DNA of 62,946 bases, filler included, from Octopus bimaculoides (lineage: Eukaryota), in assembly GCF_001194135.2 (NCBI RefSeq). It is 7 parts of 7 records of this genome, joined end to end, with 100 filler letters (N's around TTAATTAATTAA, not from the genome) between each part and the next. Parts side by side here need not be neighbours in the genome. Positions count along the whole stretch, not along the records: positions 19,063 to 46,044 come from NC_068991.1; positions 46,145 to 55,075 come from NC_068984.1; 5 more parts are not named here. One strand, written 5' to 3'. The notes under the pieces were generated by a model. It ran no database searches, was not told the origin of the DNA, and saw only the letters and a program-made list of their open reading frames with translations. Both the position numbers and the translations under genes were made by a program. Below are positions 39,216 through 50,948 of the stretch, one piece after another (within the stretch, counting starts at the first letter, position 1; every line of letters begins with the position of its first letter).

Positions 39216-39939
39216 ACTTCGAACCTGTAGTACGNNNNNNNNNNNNNNNNNNNNNNNNNNNNNNNNNNNNNNNNNNNNNNNNNNNNNNNNNNNNNNNNNN
39301 NNNNNNNNNNNNNNNNNNNNNNNNNNNNNNNNNNNNNNNNNNNNNNNNNNNNNNNNNNNNNNNNNNNNNNNNNNNNNNNNNNNNNNNNNNNNNNNNNNNN
39401 NNNNNNNNNNNNNNNNNNNNNNNNNNNNNNNNNNNNNNNNNNNNNNNNNNNNNNNNNNNNNNNNNNNNNNNNNNNNNNNNNNNNNNNNNNNNNNNNNNNN
39501 NNNNNNNNNNNNNNNNNNNNNNNNNNNNNNNNNNNNNNNNNNNNNNNNNNNNNNNNNNNNNNNNNNNNNNNNNNNNNNNNNNNNNNNNNNNNNNNNNNNN
39601 NNNNNNNNNNNNNNNNNNNNNNNNNNNNNNNNNNNNNNNNNNNNNNNNNNNNNNNNNNNNNNNNNNNNNNNNNNNNNNNNNNNNNNNNNNNNNNNNNNNN
39701 NNNNNNNNNNNNNNNNNNNNNNNNNNNNNNNNNNNNNNNNNNNNNNNNNNNNNNNNNNNNNNNNNNNNNNNNNNNNNNNNNNNNNNNNNNNNNNNNNNNN
39801 NNNNNNNNNNNNNNNNNNNNNNNNNNNNNNNNNNNNNNNNNNNNNNNNNNNNATATATATATATTGATACAACCACGTATCTATATATATATACATATAT
39901 TCGTATATGTATACATACATATGTATATGTATATTTTTT

Positions 39940-39981
<42 letters not shown>

Positions 39982-40702
39982 CTGGAAAGTGCTTCTGTTA
40001 TCGTAAAATGGTGTTGTGCATTTATGTAATCTATGATTGCAATATCAGAACACTTGGCATGATTTGAAGAATAAGCAGTTTGTTTTGTTACCCATGAAAA
40101 TACTAAGCTTTCAAAAAAAAGAAACATAACGATCTTTTTGATTAGTCATATTCGGAAAATTTTTGATATGGAATCACACCTGGATATAGCATTATCTGAT
40201 AAAAAGATGGTAGCAGGTGTGCATGTAGGAATAACGAAGAATTAGGAATTACAAACAAAGTGTTGGAAAGTACCTTTGAGAAAATGAAGTTGAAATATAT
40301 TTTAGAGAGTGGAATACTTGCTTTTATGTGCAGTTTGAAATTAATATTCAGTATTTAGTATTTTTAGCGCTATTGAAATAAAGAAAGAAGAAAAAAGAGA
40401 GTGTATGACATAGAGAGAAAAAAAGAAAGAAAAAAACAAAATGTGGAGCAAGCTGATAAATGAAGTTTCTGATATAGGCGTAGGCGTGGCTGTGCGGTTG
40501 AGGAGCTCAGCTTGGAATCGCGAGATTTCAGTTTCAGTTAAACTGAACGCCACATCGGGTAAGTGTTCTCTATTGTAGCACTACAGCCCTACTCAGAATA
40601 GCGCTTCGTGAGTAAATACGATAGACGGAAGCTCTCTGAAAGTACGTTGTACCCACACGCACGCACGCACAGACATACATATAGATATATATACACACAG
40701 AC

Positions 40703-40739
<37 letters not shown>

Positions 40740-40740
40740 C

Positions 40741-40772
<32 letters not shown>

Positions 40773-41920
40773 NNNNNNNNNNNNNNNNNNNNNNNNNNNN
40801 NNNNNNNNNNNNNNNNNNNNNNNNNNNNNNNNNNNNNNNNNNNNNNNNNNNNNNNNNNNNNNNNNNNNNNNNNNNNNNNNNNNNNNNNNNNNNNNNNNNN
40901 NNNNNNNNNNNNNNNNNNNNNNNNNNNNNNNNNNNNNNNNNNNNNNNNNNNNNNNNNNNNNNNNNNNNNNNNNNNNNNNNNNNNNNNNNNNNNNNNNNNN
41001 NNNNNNNNNNNNNNNNNNNNNNNNNNNNNNNNNNNNNNNNNNNNNNNNNNNNNNNNNNNNNNNNNNNNNNNNNNNNNNNNNNNNNNNNNNNNNNNNNNNN
41101 NNNNNNNNNNNNNNNNNNNNNNNNNNNNNNNNNNNNNNNNNNNNNNNNNNNNNNNNNNNNNNNNNNNNNNNNNNNNNNNNNNNNNNNNNNNNNNNNNNNN
41201 NNNNNNNNNNNNNNNNNNNNNNNNNNNNNNNNNNNNNNNNNNNNNNNNNNNNNNNNNNNNNNNNNNNNNNNNNNNNNNNNNNNNNNNNNNNNNNNNNNNN
41301 NNNNNNNNNNNNNNNNNNNNNNNNNNNNNNNNNNNNNNNNNNNNNNNNNNNNNNNNNNNNNNNNNNNNNNNNNNNNNNNNNNNNNNNNNNNNNNNNNNNN
41401 NNNNNNNNNNNNNNNNNNNNNNNNNNNNNNNNNNNNNNNNNNNNNNNNNNNNNNNNNNNNNNNNNNNNGGGGATGATAGAATAACCACCAGACTTTAAGA
41501 TAAAAAAGAATATACTGAGGTGGATTTGTTAGGCAAAAAGCCTTCGAGCATGGCTGCAGTTCAATGAGTAAAACATGCGAAAAAGCATAAAGATATCGAA
41601 ATTGATGTTACATGATTTTAAATAGTAGTAAATGAAAACCACTTTGGTCAATTATATAACAACACGATCAGATAAGGACACTCGATCAAAACGTCGTATT
41701 ACTTTCCGCTGACAACGGCAAAGAAAGATGGTTGTAAATATTCGTAATTTGATATGTAAAGCAACTATTAGCATTTCGGCAATCATTAAAATGTTATTCG
41801 GCATTCAACCTCTAAGATTAAGATATCTGGGGCAGTATTGGTTATCACATACGTTTAAATAATACTTTCTTTGCGTATTGCATTTGAAAAATATGCGCAG
41901 TTTGTGAGTTCTGTTCTTAC

Positions 41921-41955
41921 TCCAGGATGTATATCCTGAAGCACAGGGCTGGTAC
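41921..41955 (-). other. Candidate 35-nt micro-exon
   Basis: Long polypyrimidine tract + cAG, donor GTAAGA, all three frames open. Product unrecognised. Confidence 0.35.
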
Positions 41956-43119
41956 CTGATTGGTAGGAAAAGAAAGAAAGAAAGAATAAAAATGATCGCT
42001 TCACAATGAAACGTTTCGGGTTTCGTTCCTAGAATACAACACCTTGGCCAGGCCAAGTTTCTTTTGTTTTTTATTCTAATTCTTGCCATAGCCTACCGCT
42101 GACGAAAACTTTAAAACTGAAGTTCAAAATTAGATCATGGAATCTAATACACACACACACACACACACACGCACATTCACACACATATTTATATAACGAG
42201 AGAGAGAGAGAGAGAGAGAGGTACATATGGACGTACATGAACACACATATACATATACACATATGTATATATATCTATTTATCTATATCCATCCATACAC
42301 ACATACACACATGAACGCACACACACAAACACGCGCGCGCAGGCACACATACATACATACATGCATATGTGTAGGCACATACACATTTATATAACGTATC
42401 TACGTAAGTATATATACATTTATGTATGCATATATAGTGTGTTATATGTGTGTGTATGAATATATACACATATAAGTGTGTGCGTGTATGTATGCTTGAG
42501 TGTGTGTGTGTGTATATATATATAAATGAACTAATGTGACACTTTCACATAATTAAGTAATCTAGAAATATTTTATGGAGATTTATTAATATTGATTAAT
42601 TCTTTTGTATTTAATACACGTTTCTAATTGTTATTAATTAGTAGCTTAAATTTGACAACCGTAAATTAATGTTCATAGTAACAACATTACATAAAATTAA
42701 TTATATCGTATTTAAGAATCTATATTTTAATTATGTCACTAACGTAATTAGCTTTTATTGTAATATAGTTTTTTTGAAAAAGAAATGTCTACATTTATAG
42801 TATAATAATGCTTCAGTTGAAATCTTGGCTGTCGTTGGTGTTTCTTCGAAAGCGCTATCGTCAGATTATCCGTGATCAAAATATAAATGCTATCTAATTA
42901 TTGCTTAAATAATGAAGGTTAGCGTTGTTTTCAATAAACCGACCACTACGACAATACGTATTCAGTTAATTAGGTTTCAGATCCATGGAGACAATGTCTT
43001 ATTTTTGTATATCTAGGAAACGTCTGATGGTCGGGGGTCAACCACATACCTATATTTGTTTTCCGAAGTTTAGACAAGGTTACTTTCTAAGATTTATTCT
43101 TAATCTTTTACTTGCTTCA

Positions 43120-43500
43120 AATATTGTACTGTGGCCATGCTGTGGCACTACCTTGAACAGTTTTACTCGAACGAATTGACCGCAGTACTGTTTTTTAAAA
43201 GCAAGTGACTTATTCTATCGGTGTTGTTTGCCGAGCCGCTAGTTCGCTAAGCTACGGGGACGTAAACACCGGTTTCAAGTGGTGGTGGGGGACAAACACA
43301 AACACAGACACACAAACACACACACACACACATATATGTACTACGGACTTCTTTCTGTTTCCATCTACCAAATCCACTCACAAGGCGTTGGTCGGCTCGA
43401 GGCTGTAGTAAAAGATACTTGCCCATTGTGCCAGGCAGTGGGACTGAACCCAGAACAATGTGGTTGGGAAGCAAGCTTCTTACCCCACAGCTATGCCTGC
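43120..43500 (-). mobile_element. SINE family B
   Basis: Reverse complement of the consensus with an internal (CA)n. Confidence 0.85.
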
Positions 43501-43509
43501 GTCAGTTTT

Positions 43510-43708
43510 TTAAAAAGCTCGAAATTTTGGGTGAGAGGGCCAGCCGATTAGATCGACCCCAGTGTGTAACTGGTACTAAATTTATCGACTCCGAAATGAT
43601 GAAAGGCAAAGTCGACCTCGGCGGAATTTGAACATAGAACGTAACGGCAGACGAAATGTCGCTAAGCATTTCGCCCGGGTTGCTAACGTTTCTGCCAGCT
43701 CGCCGCCT
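43510..43708 (-). mobile_element. Family A SINE
   Basis: Reverse complement of the consensus, head ending ctgccagctcgccgcc. Confidence 0.85.
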
Positions 43709-43739
43709 TATAGACTTATATCTCACAGCAGTACATCAT

Positions 43740-44200
43740 CACATTACTGTGAGCCTCAATATGTGAACTACTGCATGTCTTAATATGCAAATTAAAGAAT
43801 GAATATTTGCATTACTACAAGTCTAAATTTACACATTAATTCAAGGTTTGATATTCACATGGCTCTAAAATTAGAGATGCATAATACAGCAGTAATAAAT
43901 ATACACATTAATGAAACTGCAACGCAAGACATTCAGGTTACTGCAATGCTAAATATTGAATTTAGTAATCCAAGCTTTGCATTAATACACAAAGCTTGAT
44001 GTGCGCACTACTACTATGCTAATCATGTATAACAATGTAATATTAATACGCATAAAGCCGCAAGAGTAAACAAGCGTGTTGATGTAATGCAAAATATGCA
44101 CAGTGCATGAAAACAAGATATGCACATTGCTGTAAGGTTAGATATGCTAATTTACGTGTTACAAATATAAATATGATTGCACATGGATCATTAGTAAAGC
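43740..44200. repeat. Degenerate minisatellite with about 24-bp period
   Basis: Recurring units such as aatatgcaaattaaag, aatatttgcattactacaagtct, agatatgcacattgctgtaaggtt, aaatatgcacagtgcatgaaaaca. Confidence 0.6.
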
Positions 44201-44378
44201 TCACAGTGTGGCTGCATCGTTTTAATAACTTCGCCACATGGTGTCTGTGGCAGAATTCACTCTGCCGTCATCACTCGGACCCGGTGTCTCCGCCTTTGTT
44301 GGCGATAAAGAGATTCAGGGCGCCGCAGGCGCTGTTGGATCCGTATTCATGCAAGTGTGAACTCTAGGTAACTTGCAT

Positions 44379-45050
44379 AATTTATACAAAATTGAGCTAA
44401 GAGAAATTACTCAGAGCGACCAGCTGCATGAATTGGAGTCACATAAACTAACAGAGGTATATCAAATACCATAGAAATTAAAGGCTTGATTCATTAAAAT
44501 TATATCCTATTCTAGAAAATGATTCATAATTGCCAGAAGCATTTAAGACTACACACAATTTATACAAAATTGAGCTAAGAGAGGCCATCGACATCAATTT
44601 TAGTCACATAGACTAACACAAGTATATCAAATACCATATGAAATAAAGTCTTGGTTTATTAGAATTGTCTCCGTCTGTAACAAATGTTTGATAATTGGTA
44701 AAGGCATTTAAGACGACAGATAATTTATACAAAATTTAGCTAAGAGTGACCAGCTGCATCTATTTGAATCACACAGGCTAACACAGGTATATGAAATACC
44801 ATACAAAATGAAGTCTTGATTTATTGAAATTACTTCTGCCTCTAGATGATATATCATAATTGCCAAAACGCATTTATGACCAGACTTAATTTATACAAAA
44901 CTGAGTTAAGAGAGACGAGCGGCATCTGTTTGAGTAACATAGATTAACATAGGTATATCAAATACCATAGAAAAAAGTCTTGGTTTATCAAAATTACCTA
45001 CGCGTCTAGAAGTATCATTATTAACTAAGGCATTTAGAACTAGACCTAAC
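44379..45050. repeat. Diverged satellite, four units of about 165 bp
   Basis: aatttatacaaaa starts at 44379, 44557, 44722 and 44888 (unit lengths 178, 165, 166). Shared gtatatcaaataccata and gcattta motifs; conserved stops argue against coding. Confidence 0.9.
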
Positions 45051-45376
45051 TGAGAAGCGGGCAGGGTGTAACCTCAAGATCCAAATATTCTTCAAAACTG
45101 GCATGCCATTAAGGAAAAGGAAAGGCAAAGTACCTTAGCCATAAACATGCTCTAGTTTTTTTTTTGCATAAGACTAAGGTCCTTGGTAACTGGGGACAAA
45201 ATCAGATAACTGTCAAGCTGGAGACGTTTATTGAGTCGGAAACATGTATCTGAGAATGTCCTCTTATCTCTAGGCAACAAGATTGTCCTATTCCATAATG
45301 GCACGTCAACTTTGGGGAGATATTTAACCTTTTAATAAACCAGGAATTTCTATTGCATGGTTATTTGATTTATTTT

Positions 45377-45420
<44 letters not shown>

Positions 45421-45951
45421 CACACATACACACCCATACACGTGGGAGCATATGTACATATATATGTACGCAATTATGTTTACACTGCTTAAAGCATCGC
45501 CAACACTACTGCCACAGTCACAAAGTCTATCGGCGCGGCCACAACGACGACGACGACGACCACCACCACCACCACCACCACCACCTACTACTACTACTAC
45601 TACTATCACATTCCACTCACAAGGTTTTAGTCGGCCCGGGGCTATAGTAGAAGGCACTACCCCAAAGTGCCGCGCAGTAGGACTGAACCTGGATCTATGA
45701 ACTATGATCAGTAAGCAAGCTACTTACCACGTAGCCACACACACACACACATTCACACACATACACACGCACGCCCGAACGCACACACGCACACACACGA
45801 ACAAACACATACACACAACACCCTAACAAATACCAATCACACACACACACACACAAACGTGCATACATATACACACACCATCCTACCACAGATAAAACAC
45901 ACACATACTCATATACACATTCCACAATAAACTCTGGGACCAATAAAAACG

Positions 45952-45985
<34 letters not shown>

Positions 45986-46144
45986 ACACACGGACACAAA
46001 CACACATATATACACACACACGTAGAGATGTGCACAAAACCAGTNNNNNNNNNNNNNNNNNNNNNNNNNNNNNNNNNNNNNNNNNNNNTTAATTAATTAA
46101 NNNNNNNNNNNNNNNNNNNNNNNNNNNNNNNNNNNNNNNNNNNN

Positions 46145-46243
<99 letters not shown>

Positions 46244-47239
46244 GGGACAGAGACAGAGAAACAAAGCGAGAGGAAGAGGGAAAAAGATGGGAGAGAGAGA
46301 GAGAGAGGTGGAAAGGGAGATCAAATAGCAAAGTTCAGCTGTCAAATGTGATAGCTAAGAATCATTTTTGTAAAAACAATATATGAATGTACATAAGCAT
46401 ACGCCGCAAATGATATGTACACAGATATACAGATACATAATTATACGCATACATACACACAAACACACACATACACACATATACACACACATATACATTA
46501 CATAATGTATATATATATATATATACACATACACCTATATACATATATGTATATATACGTATATACATATGTATACACATACACACACACACGCACGCAC
46601 ACACGCACACACACATATGCACTTACGAACCATGTGTGCATGTACTAAAATATATGTGTATATATACTTTAATGTACATATACAAACATATAGATTGTAC
46701 ACACACACACACACATACACACACACACACACATATTTTAATACACATGCACACATACACACATACACACAAACACACACACACACACACACTCCGCGCG
46801 CGCGCGCAAACTTAATGTATCGTTGAATCACAATCAACCTCTTCGTCTCCATCTAATGTATTATGGATAAGTCAGTCTTGCAGAGCCCATTGCTCTCCAT
46901 GCTTGCTTGATACAATTTAATAGACAGAGTGAAGCAGTATATCAATGATCAGATCATAGATGAACGATGAAACATTTTAATACTTTATGAAAGATAAAAA
47001 TCATTTCCAGTATATTACATACATTTTTTTAAATGATAGAAACTGTACTTCAGCCCTAGGTTAGCTTTGATTAAATCAATGTGTCCTTAAATATTGTGTC
47101 CTTACTTGTTACAATACTGCCTTTGTTCAAACATTTTGTATCAAGGACTGTTCAGACATCTTGCCCAGGCCTGTAACTTTAACAGCAGATCCTTAATTCC
47201 GCATGATATGCAAAGCATAACGATACATTAATTTAATAT

Positions 47240-47482
47240 AATGTAAAAAGATGGAAAACAGACTGCTTCTGATAATGTGGTAAGTTTGATAAAACCTTTA
47301 TATTTCGGGCTCCAAGGCCCATCTTCAGAAGATTCAAATTCGAGTTTGAATGATTTAACGGATTCTACATAAATGGACTTTTCTTAGACTGTTCTGTTGA
47401 TGGGACTTTGAGCCCGAAATATAAAGGTTTTATAAAACTTTACGCGTTGTCAGAAGCTGTCTATTTTCTCTCGTTTTACATT
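47240..47482. repeat. Long foldback (about 90-bp arms, about 60-nt spacer)
   Basis: 47240-47330 is the imperfect reverse complement of 47392-47482, including the shared core aaaacctttatatttcgggctc. Confidence 0.9.
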
Positions 47483-47941
47483 CTTCGAGCGAACTACAAC
47501 GCTCTTATTAATTTAATAGTTTTACTACAATATATGATCTTATAGTATCCATTACATTTTATTTTATTCAATTTCAGTGTAACAGTTGAATGTGGTTATT
47601 TAAAACTTTAAAACATTCATGCAAATCCAGTACCCAAGATACACCTTCAGCTTCAAACCTTTTATTATTGGAGCAACGGGGTATGTACCAGCCCGCCTGA
47701 AGCAAAGTATGGCCGAATTTGGGATCTTGTGAAGAAAATGCAAATCTTAATTTATATGCTACAACTGATCACGATATCGATGACTATAAAAATCTGCACG
47801 ACCTTCTTAAGATTTAAAGGATAATGGTTAAAAGAAGACACTTTCCTTCATATCCTTGTTACCAAGCAGGTGGCCGGTCAAAACTTGCTCCAAAATTAAA
47901 GAGATAGAGAACATACACACACACTTATACACACACACACA

Positions 47942-47972
<31 letters not shown>

Positions 47973-48169
47973 TAAATACTCGACGCGATAAGTCACGTAT
48001 TTGGTGTGCGAGACTATTTATCGAAAATACAATGAATACTATCTCTAACTTTGGAGCTTGTTAAATAACTGGTTAATCTTCAGATGAATTAACTGAGGGA
48101 GTCTTGTATTCACGATCGTAGTGATTTTCGACTGAAACCTGAACTTAGAATGCAGAGAGTTGCTACAAA

Positions 48170-50794
48170 CAACATGGCTGGACAAAACATCAACAATAAC
48201 ACAATCGAGAAACAGAACGAAAACCACAGCTGAACAGGTAAACAAATTCTTTCTAGCTGTAGTTATAGAAGAAACTGTAACTACAAAACTCATTTCTCTT
48301 GGAGTTATGAATTGAATAATGATCTATTTAACTGCTACGAAAAAGCGAAACAAAAGCCGGCTGTTGATTATATGAATCGATTGAAATCATATTGGCACGA
48401 TCTACATCCAGAATTAAATCATTTTACTGCGAAGCAACTACGCCAACAAGCAACATTTGTAGAACATAGAAAGAAGGTTAGTAACTGTAACTTTATTAAA
48501 AAATTGAAAATTAACCTTCTTCCCAATTCTATAAACAAAAATGAAAACGTGAATGATATAAGACCACCACGCAGCTAGCGACATTCCAACAGATTCCATA
48601 GTGCCTGCCAGCCAAACTACGTTACTGGCTCAAGTAACTGATCACTGTCCCCCTACTACGACTATGGTAAATAACTGGATAATTGTAGTAGTAGTGGTAG
48701 TCAGGATTATATGCCGGTGAAATGTGTCCTTATTGAAATTTTCCGAGAAAAAATAACTTTAGCTTTGAAGTACTCTCTCGAGGAGAGAGTATTCTCTATC
48801 AAAGTAAAAAAAAAAAAACTACCAGATACGGTATTAAAAGCTGTTAACGGAATTAGTGATGCGTATTTACAACAGTGTGATGAACCCACATACTAGCAGA
48901 TTAACGCCTGTCCATATGCTCTTGCTACTACTGAAGACCATCAGTCATGTAATAATGCTTATTGCATGCAAACAAGCAAATAACTATACGTCCCACCAAC
49001 AGAAAGGAGATAGAAATGATGTTTGGAGACAGCAAAAAGGAGACACTCACAATCTGGTTATCCTCAAGCAGGAGCTAAAAGCTGTTAGTGAAAAACTCCG
49101 ACATCAGAAGAGAATAACCGAGAGAAGAACAATAAACAAGAAGGCAGCAGTATACAGAAACATGAGAAGAGAAGCTCCTTCACGAGAAGACATAGACTCC
49201 TTCTGGAGGAAAATCTGGAGTGATGAGAAGGAATTCAACCAAGATGTTCTGTGGCTGGAAGAAATCCGAAAAAGTCATTACTCCTGCATTACATCCAAAA
49301 CATTGATGGTGAAACTCTTGCAACTGTGATCCAGAAACTCCAGGATGGTAAAGCACCTGGAAGAGACTTGATTGTGGGATATTGGTACAAGAAGCTAACA
49401 GTCTACCTACTACAGCTTATCAATCTGTACCAGCAAGCTCTCATTGGGAACAGCCGCATACCACACTGGTTAGCTCTGGCAGAGACAAAATTGATCCCTA
49501 AATGCAGAACAACCCACATGACAAAAAACTACCGGTCAATTGCATGCCAGAACTTAATGTATAAGATATATACAGCATATTTTAAACCTCTTCCGCTAGG
49601 ACCATTGTGAAACCAATAACATTATCACAGCAGAACAAGAAGCTGAGAAGAAGGGAGTCTGAGGATGTGCCGAGCAATTGCTAATCAACAAAACCGTGAT
49701 GTCAGAGGGGCGAGAACACAGGAGGAACCTAGTTTCAATGTGGCTAGACTGCAAGAAAGCCTTTGACTCTGTTCCCCACTTATAAATGCTAGAAGCCCTT
49801 CAACTTGCTAAAGTTCCAGTGAGAATAGTCAAAGCCATAGCTGGCCTGATTTCATTGTGGACCACCATCTTGAAATTAAATACAAAGAGTGACTTATTAT
49901 CACCGATAGAATACAATATCGCAAAGGCACATTCCAAGAGAATAGCCTCTCTGTGATGTTGTTTATACTTTCTGTAAACCCCTCGTCATTCATATTAAGG
50001 AAGTCTGAAGGGTATCTCACTGGTTCACAAAGAAACAGAAATACCAAAATTACACACTGTTTCTTTTGTGGATGACTTAAAACTTTATGCAACGAATATG
50101 CATGAAATGAAAAAGAGCATTGACCTAGTTACAACATTCTCAAAGGATGTAGAGTTGGAGTTTGGTCAGGAAAAGTTTTGTTATATGGTTGTGAAGAGGG
50201 GGAAAACTATAAACCAGACTAGTAACATCTCCATCAATGATTTGACTGTTTCCCTTGTATCTGACAAGGAATGTTACAGGTATCTAGGGGTGGATGAAAA
50301 TATATCTTACAATGGCACCTGTAACAAAACACGTGTCACTAAAGAATGTTACAGCCGAATAAAGAAAATTTGGACCTCAGAACTCTCTGCATTCAATAAA
50401 ACAGTGGCCTACAACGTGTTTGCAGTGCCAGTACTCATATCAACATTTGAGCTGCTTGATTGGGCGCTTGATGAGATCTGAGCCATTTATGTGAAAACCC
50501 GAAAAATACTAACAGGCACACATAATTTCCACATAAATAGTGATATAGACCGCATCTACCTAATACGAAAACAAGGCGGCAGAGGCTTAACATCGATCCG
50601 AAATGCCTTTGAATGTCACATCATATCCCTTCGACAACATCTTTTAACCACCAAGTGTTGAAGTGCATCCCTTGACCAAGTTTGCATACATGAGGCCGAT
50701 AACAACATAAGACTTGGAAGGCAACTCCTTGAGCAACATTCTTTGTCTGATAACCTAGAATACATGCCCCAAAAAGTCGCAAGACTCTCCCTTT
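48170..50794 (+). mobile_element. Decayed R4/Dong-clade non-LTR retrotransposon (N-terminal domain + RT; RLE missing)
   Basis: N-terminal LFNCYEKA...YMNRLKSYW...QLRQQA. RT motifs GYWYKKL, KNYRSIACQNLMYKIYT, WLDCKKAFDSVPH, FVDDLKLYA, YRYLGV. Many stops and frameshifts; ends at a (TG)n tract. Confidence 0.9.
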
Positions 50795-50908
50795 AATTTT
50801 CATTGTGTGTGTGCGTGTGTGTTTGTGTGTACACATGCGTGTGTATACATGCGTGTGTGTACAAGCGTGTGTGTGTGCATGTGTGTGTGTGCATGTGCGT
50901 GCGTGTGT

Positions 50909-50948
<40 letters not shown>

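Noticed and set aside
42830-42870. Minus-strand CTGACGA...GAAAC core
   Set aside because: No credible stem II, no GTH cleavage triplet and no stem I; could be chance.
44379-45050. 165-bp unit (55 codons) as a tandem protein repeat
   Set aside because: Stop codons are conserved between units in the best frame, and the other frames checked also contain stops.
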